A stretch of 64,000 nucleotides of DNA, taken from the IMG/VR virus record IMGVR_UViG_3300014968_000012, positions 23,250-87,249 of that record, one strand, 5' to 3'. Shown in pieces: positions 36,253-44,500 of this stretch (its first letter is position 1; the number at the start of each line of letters is the position of its first letter). Source of the DNA: a virus. Taxonomy: Duplodnaviria > Caudoviricetes. A model generated the notes under the pieces. It was given only the letters and a program-made list of their open reading frames with translations. It did not search any database and was not told where the DNA came from. A program made the position numbers and the translations under genes.

Positions 36253-36552
36253 CTACAGCGCGGCGGCCAGGGCGTCGCGCTCGGCGTCGCCGGCGGCGCG
36301 CATGATCGTGGCCTCCAGCGACGCGATGGCGGCCAGGACGTCGCGGTGGACGCCGCCGAACTCGGCGTCGGTGAGCGTGTCCCACGCGGCGCGGCGCTGG
36401 GCGATCACGGCGGCGTGCTCCACCGCGTCGGGCGAGGCGCCGGCGAGGCGGGCCCGGCCCTGGGCGGTGGTGTACGCGTTGCCGGCGGCGCGGGTCGCCT
36501 CTTCCATCACGGCCACGTAGGACTCGCGCTGGTGGCTGGGGTCGGTGCTCAT
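36253..36552 (-). CDS. Hypothetical protein (cassette gene)
   Basis: Downstream of a cassette. Confidence 0.7.
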   Translation of the reverse strand: MSTDPSHQRESYVAVMEEATRAAGNAYTTAQGRARLAGASPDAVEHAAVIAQRRAAWDTLTDAEFGGVHRDVLAAIASLEATIMRAAGDAERDALAAAL

Positions 36553-36560
36553 GGGGCGGT

Positions 36561-36623
36561 GGTTCCTTTCGCTTGGCGGCGTTGCGATGGCAACGTTACG
36601 GTGTCGGATGCGGAACTGTCAAC
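36561..36623 (-). promoter_or_regulatory. Conserved promoter-leader cassette (leftward member of a divergent pair)
   Basis: TTGACA(36622-17)-N18-TAACGT; CGCCGCCAAGCGAAAGGAACC. Confidence 0.85.
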
Positions 36624-36698
36624 ACCGAAGTGACCGGCCGCGACGCCTCATCAAAGACGTGTAGTGCGGTGGCGTGCGCGGCCGCCACTCCCCATCAT

Positions 36699-36729
36699 GT
36701 TGACAGTGTCGCGCTCGGCAACGTATCGT
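36699..36729 (+). promoter_or_regulatory. Cassette-type promoter lacking the conserved leader (rightward member of the divergent pair)
   Basis: TTGACA(36700-05)-N18-TATCGT(36724-29). Confidence 0.75.
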
Positions 36730-36771
36730 CTGGCGCGTCAGAGCTCCACCCGCCCGACGGAAGGAACCGCG

Positions 36772-37437
36772 GTGAACGCCACGCAGACCAAGCGGCGCCC
36801 CTGGCCGCGCGTGTGGGTCGTCCTGCCCGACGGCCACGTGGTCCAGCACGCGACGAACCGCGCGCCGGCCGTCGCCGTCGTGGTGCCGACCGGCCGGCCG
36901 GACCGCCCGTGGGCCGTCGTGTCGTACGTGAAGTCCGAGCGGACCGCCCGGTGGGTGGTCCGGACGCGCGGCCTGGTCGGCGACGTCCGGACGCTGCCCG
37001 TGTACGACAACGAGGCCGCCCGGGACGCCGCGCTGGAGGCCCTGCGCACGCAGGACGAGCGCGACCGGACGGCGCGCGCGGCGGCTCGGCGGGCCGGCAA
37101 GAACGCCACCGACTCGCACGCCCCCGGCGCCGGCCGCGACGCCACGGACGAGGAATGGGAAGCGCTCGCCGTCCCGGCGCCGGTCAAGCTGGACCGGGCC
37201 GTCATGGTGCTGACCCTGCTCAAGAACGGGCGCGGCGTGATCGAAGGACCCGGGTTCACCGCCACGTTCCACGGCCACCGGGGCATGTTCTACGCCACGC
37301 AGACCACCGCCGGCCCGAAGCCGGTTGTCGCCGCCGCGCGCAACCGGGACGAGGCGGTCCGGGACCTGGCGGTGGCGCTGGGCGTGGTCGCGGACCGGTA
37401 CGTGGTTCAGGTGGAGATGACGCGCGACGGCCGCTGA
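36772..37437 (+). CDS. Hypothetical protein
   Basis: GTG after the RBS GGAAGGAA. Confidence 0.7.
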   Translation: MNATQTKRRPWPRVWVVLPDGHVVQHATNRAPAVAVVVPTGRPDRPWAVVSYVKSERTARWVVRTRGLVGDVRTLPVYDNEAARDAALEALRTQDERDRTARAAARRAGKNATDSHAPGAGRDATDEEWEALAVPAPVKLDRAVMVLTLLKNGRGVIEGPGFTATFHGHRGMFYATQTTAGPKPVVAAARNRDEAVRDLAVALGVVADRYVVQVEMTRDGR

Positions 37438-37468
37438 CCTGCGGCGTTACAGTGCCGCGCTCCACAGT

Positions 37469-37536
37469 GTTGACAATGTGGGGAGCGACACTGTAACGTC
37501 TCTCTCGTAAGAACACGCCGCCAAGCGAGAGGGACC
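37469..37536 (+). promoter_or_regulatory. Conserved promoter-leader cassette
   Basis: TTGACA(37470-75)-N18-TAACGT; CACGCCGCCAAGCGAGAGGGACC. Confidence 0.9.
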
Positions 37537-37539
37537 GAC

Positions 37540-38058
37540 ATGAACACCACGACCACCGCCACCGCCCCCGCCTTCCGTCTCGACCGGAACTCGGAAACGG
37601 CCGTCATCCTCCAGAACGCCGGCTTTGAGGACGCGGCGGTCATCATGCGCGACGGCATCAAGGACGGCGGCCAGCGCGTCGGCGTGGTCTACTTCGACGC
37701 CGAGCGGCTGGAGTACGTCGCGTACGTGGACGGCGAGCGCGACGCGTTCACCTCGGGTGAGCGCTTCGACGCCGCCGCCAAGCTCGTGGAGTCCCTGCCC
37801 GCGCCCGTCGTGCCGGAGTGGACCACGATGCCGGCGCAGGACATGAAGCCGGGTTACCGCTACTGGAGCGTGCGCCCGGGCTATGAGTCCAATTGGACGA
37901 TCAAGTCCGTAGAGATCAGCGAGGCGTCGTACCAGGTGGACCGCGGGAACGGCTGGTTCACCCCCGTGCTGGTCACCGTGACCCGCCGCGACGGCGTGGC
38001 CCAGACCCACGAGTACGGCGACGAGGTGGCGATACAGGGCCCTTGGAAGACTGTCTGA
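37540..38058 (+). CDS. Hypothetical protein (cassette gene)
   Basis: Downstream of a cassette. Confidence 0.75.
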   Translation: MNTTTTATAPAFRLDRNSETAVILQNAGFEDAAVIMRDGIKDGGQRVGVVYFDAERLEYVAYVDGERDAFTSGERFDAAAKLVESLPAPVVPEWTTMPAQDMKPGYRYWSVRPGYESNWTIKSVEISEASYQVDRGNGWFTPVLVTVTRRDGVAQTHEYGDEVAIQGPWKTV

Positions 38059-38092
38059 CCGCGCCCAGCCCGCGCCGTGTCGGCCCCCACAC

Positions 38093-38160
38093 TTGACAGT
38101 GTGGGGGCCGACACTGTAACGTCTTCCATGTCAGCAAGCCACGCCGCCGCCAGTGAGGAA
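38093..38160 (+). promoter_or_regulatory. Conserved promoter-leader cassette (diverged leader)
   Basis: TTGACA(38093-98)-N18-TAACGT; CACGCCGCCgccagtGAGGAACC. Confidence 0.85.
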
Positions 38161-38166
38161 CCCGAG

Positions 38167-39147
38167 ATGACCCGCCAGAAGACCCCGTCCGTGTCGGCGC
38201 TCGCCGTGCTCGCCGTCCTGTCGTACAACCCCGACGAGGCGGTGTTCGTCAGCACCATGACCCACGAGTGGCCGACGCGCCCGGCCAGCATCGCCCAAGC
38301 GCTGAACCGCCTCGTCCGACAGGGCCACGTCGTGCGCGCCGAGCGCCACGGGATCCCGTACTACCACCTCGCCGAGTCGGCCCGCGCGCTCACCGGCGCG
38401 CCGGCGCCCGTCGCCGCCGAGTCGGCCCCGGAGACCACCGCCATGGCGCCGGCTCCCCTCACCGCCGACGAGGTCCGCGCACTGAAGCTCACCGCGACCA
38501 TGGAGCGGTCCTTGAGGAACCTCGTCGCCGGCCCGGTCGGATACTGGGGCAACGCGCTGAGCTCCCGGAAGGTCCACGGAAAGGCGGCTGAGGGTCTGGT
38601 GGCGCGCGGCCTGGCCCTGTTCGACCGGGAAGAGCTGTGCACGCCTCAGGGGTGCGTGTGCAAGGGGCACAGCATGGACCAGACCCGGCGTAGCCCCCAC
38701 TACCGGATTTCCGAGCTCGGGAAGCGTGTCGTCGCGGCCCTGGAGACGCCGGCCGAGTCCGCCGGCGAGCTCGCCGACGCGCCGGCGCCCGTGGCCGCCG
38801 AGCCGGCCGCCGGGACCACCGCCGCGGCGCCGGCGGTCACCGCCGACGAGGTGGCGGCGCTCAAGCTGAGCACGACCATGGCCCGGTCCCTGGTGAACCT
38901 CGTCCCCGGGCCGGTCGGTTACTGGGGATACGCCCTGAGCGCCCGGAAGGTCCACGGCGGCGCGGTGGAAGGGCTCGTCCGGCGCGGCCTGGCCGTCAAC
39001 GAGGTGAGCCCGTGCACGGCCGACGGGTGGTGCGTGTGCGCCGGCGTCTACGGCGACCGGTCCCGGCCGGCCTACCACTACCGGGCGACCGAGCTCGGGG
39101 AGCGCGTCGCCGTCGCGCTGGTGGCCGTGGCGGCGCTGGCGGCGTGA
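38167..39147 (+). CDS. Protein with three winged-helix-like modules (the last two are an internal duplication)
   Basis: Two ~110 aa repeats TADEV.ALKL..TM.RSL.NLV.GPVGYWG.ALS.RKVHG.A.EGLV.RGLA...C...CVC...YR..ELG.RV. Confidence 0.8.
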   Translation: MTRQKTPSVSALAVLAVLSYNPDEAVFVSTMTHEWPTRPASIAQALNRLVRQGHVVRAERHGIPYYHLAESARALTGAPAPVAAESAPETTAMAPAPLTADEVRALKLTATMERSLRNLVAGPVGYWGNALSSRKVHGKAAEGLVARGLALFDREELCTPQGCVCKGHSMDQTRRSPHYRISELGKRVVAALETPAESAGELADAPAPVAAEPAAGTTAAAPAVTADEVAALKLSTTMARSLVNLVPGPVGYWGYALSARKVHGGAVEGLVRRGLAVNEVSPCTADGWCVCAGVYGDRSRPAYHYRATELGERVAVALVAVAALAA

Positions 39148-39196
39148 GGCCGGCGGGGCGGCGCCGGCCGTGGAGCCGGCGCCGCACCCGCAAGTG

Positions 39197-39263
39197 TTGA
39201 CAGTGTCGCTACCGACACTGTAACGTTTCTCTCGTAAGGACACGCCGCCAAGCGAGAGGGACC
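39197..39263 (+). promoter_or_regulatory. Conserved promoter-leader cassette
   Basis: TTGACA(39197-202)-N18-TAACGT; CACGCCGCCAAGCGAGAGGGACC. Confidence 0.9.
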
Positions 39264-39268
39264 CGACC

Positions 39269-39652
39269 ATGACCGCCACCACCACCACCGTCCGAATCAA
39301 GGGCCGCGCGCGCTGGGCCGCCAAGGGCACGACGACGGACATCACCACGTGCGAGTTCTGCGGTCGGGAGAAGCTTCGCAAGACCGTGATCCTGGTCCCG
39401 CTGGACGAGGACGGGAACCCCGACGGCGAGGTGACGCACGCCGGGACCTCGTGCGCGGCCGTCCACCTGGCCGTCTCCACGTCCGCCGTGACCACGGCCG
39501 CCCGGGTCGCCAACCACCGGCGCGCGCAGGCCGTGACCGAGTACGCCGAGCTCGGCAAGAGCATGGAGGCCGCCGCCGAGCGGAACGACATGCGGACGTG
39601 GCACGTCCTGGCCGTCGCCCGCGGCCAGGTCTGGGGCCTGGCGTACAACTAG
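39269..39652 (+). CDS. Hypothetical zinc-binding protein (cassette gene)
   Basis: TTCEFCGR..L.KTV.L...DGEV...GTSCA motif, common in phages. Confidence 0.75.
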   Translation: MTATTTTVRIKGRARWAAKGTTTDITTCEFCGREKLRKTVILVPLDEDGNPDGEVTHAGTSCAAVHLAVSTSAVTTAARVANHRRAQAVTEYAELGKSMEAAAERNDMRTWHVLAVARGQVWGLAYN

Positions 39653-39681
39653 GGGCCGGCGCGCGCGAGCACCCGCCGGGA

Positions 39682-39725
39682 AGAGCCCGGCGCCGACGGA
39701 ATGCGGCCGTCCGGCGCCGGGCTTT
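39682..39725 (+). terminator. Terminator hairpin; 44 bp identical to 40153-40196
   Basis: agagcccggcgcc...ggcgccgggcttt. Confidence 0.75.
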
Positions 39726-39739
39726 TCCACGTCCAGCAT

Positions 39740-39810
39740 GTTGACAGTGCGGGATACGACACTGTAACGTAGTTCATGCAAGGGAACACGCCGCCAAGCG
39801 AGAGGGACCC
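39740..39810 (+). promoter_or_regulatory. Conserved promoter-leader cassette
   Basis: TTGACA(39741-46)-N18-TAACGT; CACGCCGCCAAGCGAGAGGGACC. Confidence 0.9.
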
Positions 39811-39814
39811 GACC

Positions 39815-40108
39815 ATGACCGCCAAGACCACCGCGCAGGCAATCAGCGCCGTCCGTTCCAACTACGCCGCCTTGCGGCGCCTGGCCACCTCCGGCGGCCG
39901 CACCGCCGCCACCACGAACGCGATAGGTCGCCGCCGGATGGCCATTGAGGCGGCCGTCAAGAGCCTTCCGCGCGACCTGGCCGGGGACCTGGCCTTCGAA
40001 AACACCCTTATCGAGAACATCGCCGCGTCGCGCCGCAACGGTGTTGAGCGACCCGAACTCGCCGGCCGCCTGGCCGCTTGCCGGCGCCGGGTCCGCGCCA
40101 GCGCCTAA
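39815..40108 (+). CDS. Hypothetical protein (cassette gene)
   Basis: Downstream of a cassette. Confidence 0.7.
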   Translation: MTAKTTAQAISAVRSNYAALRRLATSGGRTAATTNAIGRRRMAIEAAVKSLPRDLAGDLAFENTLIENIAASRRNGVERPELAGRLAACRRRVRASA

Positions 40109-40152
40109 AGCCCCCTCCCGGCGCCCCGCCAGCGCGCCGAGCCCCGCCGGGG

Positions 40153-40196
40153 AGAGCCCGGCGCCGACGGAATGCGGCCGTCCGGCGCCGGGCTTT
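40153..40196 (+). terminator. Terminator hairpin; 44 bp identical to 39682-39725
   Basis: Same sequence as the copy 471 bp upstream. Confidence 0.75.
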
Positions 40197-40210
40197 CTCA
40201 CGCCCCGTAT

Positions 40211-40281
40211 GTTGACAGTGTGGGGAGCGACACTGTAACGTAGTCCGTGCAAGCAAGCCACGCCGCCAAGCGAGAGGGACC
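40211..40281 (+). promoter_or_regulatory. Conserved promoter-leader cassette
   Basis: TTGACA(40212-17)-N18-TAACGT; CACGCCGCCAAGCGAGAGGGACC. Confidence 0.9.
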
Positions 40282-40285
40282 CCCG

Positions 40286-40726
40286 ATGAAGGTCGAACAC
40301 ATCCGCCAGGACACGGCGCCCGTCGCTCTCGGGCTCCAGGTCATCCACGTGGACAACCTGGACGCCCCGTGCCTCGTGGACGCCGGCGTGGTCGTCGGCA
40401 TCACCGGCGACCGGGCGGACGTCTACTGGGCCGACACGATGATCAGCAACCACCCCGTCGCGCACCTCGCGACGATCCGGCGGGCCGACTCGACCGAGCG
40501 CCCGGCGGTCCGCGCCCTCGTCCCCCGCGTCGCCGACGCGTACGACGAGGTCACCGCCCGCAAGGTCACCGCGATGATCGCCGACAACTGCGCGGCGATG
40601 GCCAAGCGCCGGCCCGGCACCCGCCCGGAGCAGTGGCGCCGGCCGGTGACGCGGTTCGTGATGGACACCCTGCGCGCGCAGAACCCGCGCATGTACGCCG
40701 CCGCCGCCCGCGTCCTGGGCGCCTGA
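40286..40726 (+). CDS. Hypothetical protein (cassette gene; SH3-like N-terminus)
   Basis: Downstream of a cassette; G.VVGITGD.ADVYW. Confidence 0.7.
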   Translation: MKVEHIRQDTAPVALGLQVIHVDNLDAPCLVDAGVVVGITGDRADVYWADTMISNHPVAHLATIRRADSTERPAVRALVPRVADAYDEVTARKVTAMIADNCAAMAKRRPGTRPEQWRRPVTRFVMDTLRAQNPRMYAAAARVLGA

Positions 40727-40795
40727 CCCACCACACCGAAACCGGCGCGGCCGCCGACCCCCGGCGGCCGCGCCCACCCGAGAGGAACCAGCACC

Positions 40796-41290
40796 ATGGA
40801 CGAAAGCACCACCTACGTGGCCCGCGCCGGCGTCCCCGTCGCCGTCGGCCGGCCGGTCCTGTTGGCCACCGACATGTCCCGGGCCGTGCCCGGGCCGTCC
40901 GCCGGCACGTGGTACGCCGGGATCGTCGTCGGCATCGACGGCGACGAGGCGACCGTGACGTACTCCAACGGCTACACCACGGCGATCCCCACGGACAAGC
41001 TCGTCACGATCAAGCCGTCTGACGAGCACATGGAACCGGCGGTGTGGGCCGAGATCCCCAGCCCCGCGCAGGTGTGGCAGATGACCACTCCCCGCGCCGT
41101 CGCGGACGCCACGAACGAGCTCGCCGTCCAGCTGCTCTACGGCACCAAGCCGCCGGAGGGAGCCGGCGCCGGCGCCGACGTCCAGACGGCCGGCATCGTG
41201 CACGCGCTGAACGTCATCGCCGCCACGTGCCCGGCGAAGTTCGCCGCCGCGGTGGAGCTCGCGCGCCAGGTCACCGCCTGGGAGTTCTGA
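40796..41290 (+). CDS. Hypothetical protein (SH3/Tudor-like N-terminus)
   Basis: WYAGIVVGIDGD.ATVTY.NG; RBS GAGAGGAACC. Confidence 0.7.
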   Translation: MDESTTYVARAGVPVAVGRPVLLATDMSRAVPGPSAGTWYAGIVVGIDGDEATVTYSNGYTTAIPTDKLVTIKPSDEHMEPAVWAEIPSPAQVWQMTTPRAVADATNELAVQLLYGTKPPEGAGAGADVQTAGIVHALNVIAATCPAKFAAAVELARQVTAWEF

Positions 41291-41359
41291 GCGGCGCGGG
41301 CGGCGGCCGCCGGGCGCGATCCCGGCGGCCGCCGCCCGGACTTGTTCAGCGCTTCACCG

Positions 41360-41380
41360 CTGACAGGGCCGACCTGTCAC
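41360..41380. promoter_or_regulatory. Palindromic operator-like site, copy 7 (one mismatch)
   Basis: cTGACAGG-gccga-CCTGTCAC upstream of the 41411 ATG. Confidence 0.7.
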
Positions 41381-41410
41381 CGAATCCACGACGAGAGGAA
41401 CACCGCCCCC

Positions 41411-41839
41411 ATGGCCGCATGGACCCGTATCAGACTCCGCAAGACGCGCCGGGGCCTCCCCGTGGCCGCGTTCCGCCCGACCTACTGGGCCGACCAAGAC
41501 GACTTGGCCACCATCCTGGGATTGAAGATCTTGGAAACGCTGGACAAGGACGAGGTCTGGGAGCGCCTGCGCGCGATCGAAGCCGCCGGCGACGCGGCCG
41601 GCTTCGACGCGGCCGCCGGCTACGCCCGGGTGATCGACGGCGCGGACGCCGCCGTGGCGCCCCACCCGCGCGCGGCCCTGGAGCTACTGCGCGAGGCGTT
41701 CCACCGCGGCGGCGAGTCCACCGTGACAATTGCCGGCGACGAACTCCGCGAGTGGTCGGACTCGTGGCCGCCGGTCGTGATCGACGCGTGCAAGGCGGCC
41801 GGCGCCGCGCTGGCCGCCGCCGTCTTCGACTTCGACTAG
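41411..41839 (+). CDS. Hypothetical protein
   Basis: RBS GAGAGGAA; codon bias. Confidence 0.7.
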   Translation: MAAWTRIRLRKTRRGLPVAAFRPTYWADQDDLATILGLKILETLDKDEVWERLRAIEAAGDAAGFDAAAGYARVIDGADAAVAPHPRAALELLREAFHRGGESTVTIAGDELREWSDSWPPVVIDACKAAGAALAAAVFDFD

Positions 41840-41899
41840 CCGCGCCGAGCTCGGCGCCGGCCGGGAACGAGGCGGCGCCCCCGGGCTGGATTGCTCGGG

Positions 41900-42300
41900 G
41901 GCGCCTGTATTCACCGGTCGGGGCGACCGACGCAAGAACGCCGGCGGCCCGCAAAGGGTAGGGCTCTGATGTTACCGGCGAGAACCCCCCGTGAGGGTTC
42001 TGCGTCGCGCCGGGTGGCGCCACGGCGCACGGGCTACGGGCGCGCGCCATACGCCGGGAGTACTTCGCCCGTATGGAGTATCTCGATTTCGCGCCACATC
42101 TTCGCCCGGACGGCGTAACGTGCATCCGTGGTGATCAGGGCCCGCACACGCCGGGCGCTGGTCGTTCACCGGGAGGCGCGCGCCGTGCGAATAGGAATGC
42201 TCATCCATGGGACGGCGCGCGCCAACCTGTCCGACCATACGCCGAGTAGGCGGTGATCGTGCTTAGATGACCGCCAGTGCAAAAACAGAAACACCCCCCG
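41900..42300 (+). ncRNA. Candidate structured RNA or leader upstream of rep
   Basis: ORF-poor ~590 bp gap with nested stems (gacgca/tgcgtc, cgccgg/ccggcg, agaaccc/gggttct, cgcccgg/ccgggcg); boundaries approximate. Confidence 0.35.
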
Positions 42301-42429
42301 GTCGCACGGGGGGCGTTCTGTGGATTCGCCCCGGGGCGAACCCGAAGCATGAGCCGCACGACCGTTTCTGCCAAGTCCCGGTCCGCGGCCGCCCACGTTC
42401 GTACCAGACACGAAAGGGGGCGCTCACCT

Positions 42430-43944
42430 ATGAGCGTACCTAACGGCGCCGACGTCCGCAGCACATCAGCGGACGAGGCCGACGACGGCGACGAGCTGTC
42501 ACCGGCTGATGACTGGCCGACGTTCTACACGCAGGTGCCGCATTGGATCATGCTCGCGAGCGTCAGCCCCAAAGCGAAACTCCTATATCAGTTCTTTGCG
42601 TCCCACCTGTCGCCGGGCAAGTCCGTGGCGTTCCCGAAACAGGTCACGATCGCCATCGTCCTGGAGCTCGCCAAGCCGGAACAGGTGAAGCGGTACACGG
42701 ACGAGCTCGTGGGCATCGGCGCCGTGGTGGTCAGGCAGTACCGCCACGCCTCGCGCGGTTACCCGTACAACCGGTACACGCTGCGGTTCAACCCGCCGGA
42801 CGGCTGGGCCGGGCCGCTGTCCCTCACGGACTTCTATGCGCGGCTCAAGAGCGCGCGCGGCGCCCGGACGAAAATCAAGACCCTGTCTGACCTGGGAGTT
42901 TCCGGGGAATCGGCCTTACCCCCTTCCGAGGGGGGTAGCAAAGTCGCAGGTCAGGGCCCTACCCCCTCCGAGGGGGGTAAGCAACCCCCTTCCGGCGGGG
43001 GTAGGCAAGCCCCCTTGGAAGGGGGGCAAGAACTAGAACAAGGGGAACCAGAACAAGGGGAACTAGAACCACCTACAAGCCGAACCGTCCCCGACGGCCG
43101 TAGGCCCCTTACGCAAGTAGGGGACGGCCCCGGCGGCGCAAGCGCCGCGCCAGGAACGATGACCAGCGCGAACGGAACCCACCCGGCCGCCGGCGCCAAG
43201 CCGCCGCGCGCGGCCCGCTCGGGCAAGCCGGCGATGAGCGTTGCCGAGCGCCACGGCCACCGCGCCGCCCTGCGCTCGTTGCTGAACGCGCTCGTGGACG
43301 ACGACGTGTTGCCCCGCGCATTCGTCGCGTCCCTGCCCGGGATACTCCCCAACAACCTGGCCGAGTCCTACGGCGCCGCGCTGGAGGGCCGCTCGCGCCA
43401 CCAGGTCGGCGAGCGCATCGCACGCCGGTGGGGCGACCGTGGGTACGCCCACGCGTTCACGATGGGCGAGATTCGCAAGCCGGTCGGGGCGCTGTTCGAC
43501 ATGCTGGCCCGGCCCGAGTGCCCGGACTTCCGGTGTGAGGACGGGTTCAACGTGGACAGCGGCGCGCCGTGCGCCCGGTGTTCCGAGCGCATCGCCGACC
43601 GGCGCGCGGCCGCCGAAGCGTGCCCGGATCCGGACTGTGTGGACGGCGTGAACGAGCGCACCGACACCGTGTGCGTGCACTGTCACCAGTGGGCGCGCGA
43701 GGTGGTGGAGCGCCGGGCCGCCGGCGACGTCCCGCCGAACCCCTTCCTGGCCGGCCCCGCCGCGGCGACCGTCGGCGACACCCCGCGCGTGCCGGACCAG
43801 CGCGGCCCGGCCGACGGGCCCGGCGCCGGGCTTCCCGAGGAAAGCGCTGCGGAGTACTTCACGGCCCGAGGACAACTGTCGGTCGTGGCCAAAGAGCAAA
43901 CGGCCCGCCTCGCTCGCGCCGACCGCAACGGGGCGCCAGCCTAG
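42430..43944 (+). CDS. Replication initiator-like protein (N-terminal wHTH, C-terminal Zn-binding domain)
   Basis: FYTQVPHWIM...S..AK.LY...L...Y..ELV..G...N.Y N-terminus typical of actinobacterial phage/plasmid initiators; contains internal iterons; C-terminal CPD.RCEDG...C..C. Confidence 0.75.
   Translation: MSVPNGADVRSTSADEADDGDELSPADDWPTFYTQVPHWIMLASVSPKAKLLYQFFASHLSPGKSVAFPKQVTIAIVLELAKPEQVKRYTDELVGIGAVVVRQYRHASRGYPYNRYTLRFNPPDGWAGPLSLTDFYARLKSARGARTKIKTLSDLGVSGESALPPSEGGSKVAGQGPTPSEGGKQPPSGGGRQAPLEGGQELEQGEPEQGELEPPTSRTVPDGRRPLTQVGDGPGGASAAPGTMTSANGTHPAAGAKPPRAARSGKPAMSVAERHGHRAALRSLLNALVDDDVLPRAFVASLPGILPNNLAESYGAALEGRSRHQVGERIARRWGDRGYAHAFTMGEIRKPVGALFDMLARPECPDFRCEDGFNVDSGAPCARCSERIADRRAAAEACPDPDCVDGVNERTDTVCVHCHQWAREVVERRAAGDVPPNPFLAGPAAATVGDTPRVPDQRGPADGPGAGLPEESAAEYFTARGQLSVVAKEQTARLARADRNGAPA
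42917..43070. repeat. Putative replication origin: four palindromic iterons plus 15-bp direct repeats inside rep
   Basis: CCCCC-N5/6-GGGGG(G)TAG-type units at 42917, 42959, 42983 and 43007, then (GAAC[T/C]AGAACAAGGG)x2 plus a partial third. Confidence 0.7.
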
Positions 43945-44020
43945 GCGCGCCCCGGCCCGGGGCGCGCGGGAGGTGCGAAAGCTCCCCGCGCGCCCGGGAA
44001 CAAGTGTTCCCACCTGCGGG

Positions 44021-44040
44021 ACAGTACCGTACGGTACTGT
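44021..44040. promoter_or_regulatory. Perfect 20-bp palindrome upstream of the Phd-like gene
   Basis: ACAGTACCGTACGGTACTGT. Confidence 0.75.
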
Positions 44041-44059
44041 TGCGCGGTACCGTGCTTGC

Positions 44060-44500
44060 ATGAGCACTGATACCGAAACCCGCCCCGCCACGCCGCCGCC
44101 GCCACCTCAGCCGATCCCTGGGAGGATCATGCACGACTACGCCCGACCGGTCTTGATCGGGCTCCAGGACTTCCGCGGCAAAGTCGGCGACTGGTGCCGG
44201 CGCGTGGCCAACACCGAAACCGTGGTCCTGATCACCGAACGCGGCCGGCCCCTGGCCTACCTGTCGTCCGGCGCCTACGCCCCGAAAGACAACATGGGCC
44301 AGGCCATCGGGACCCACCCCGACCACCGCCAGGCCCGCTTCCAGTGCCTCGCCTGCGGAACCGTCCTGACCGACACCGGCGACGTCGCCGAGCTCGCCGC
44401 CGAGCTCGCCAAGCATACCAAGCGTCACACCGCCCAGTCCCACATCACACCCGCCGGGGACCCCTCGTCCCCGCCGATCCCGGAGGACAGACCAGCATGA
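44060..44500 (+). CDS. Phd/YefM-like antitoxin domain fused to a C2H2-like zinc finger
   Basis: IGLQDFRGKVGDWCRRV....TVVLITERGRPLAYL; FQCLAC...KHTKRH. Confidence 0.65.
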   Translation: MSTDTETRPATPPPPPQPIPGRIMHDYARPVLIGLQDFRGKVGDWCRRVANTETVVLITERGRPLAYLSSGAYAPKDNMGQAIGTHPDHRQARFQCLACGTVLTDTGDVAELAAELAKHTKRHTAQSHITPAGDPSSPPIPEDRPA

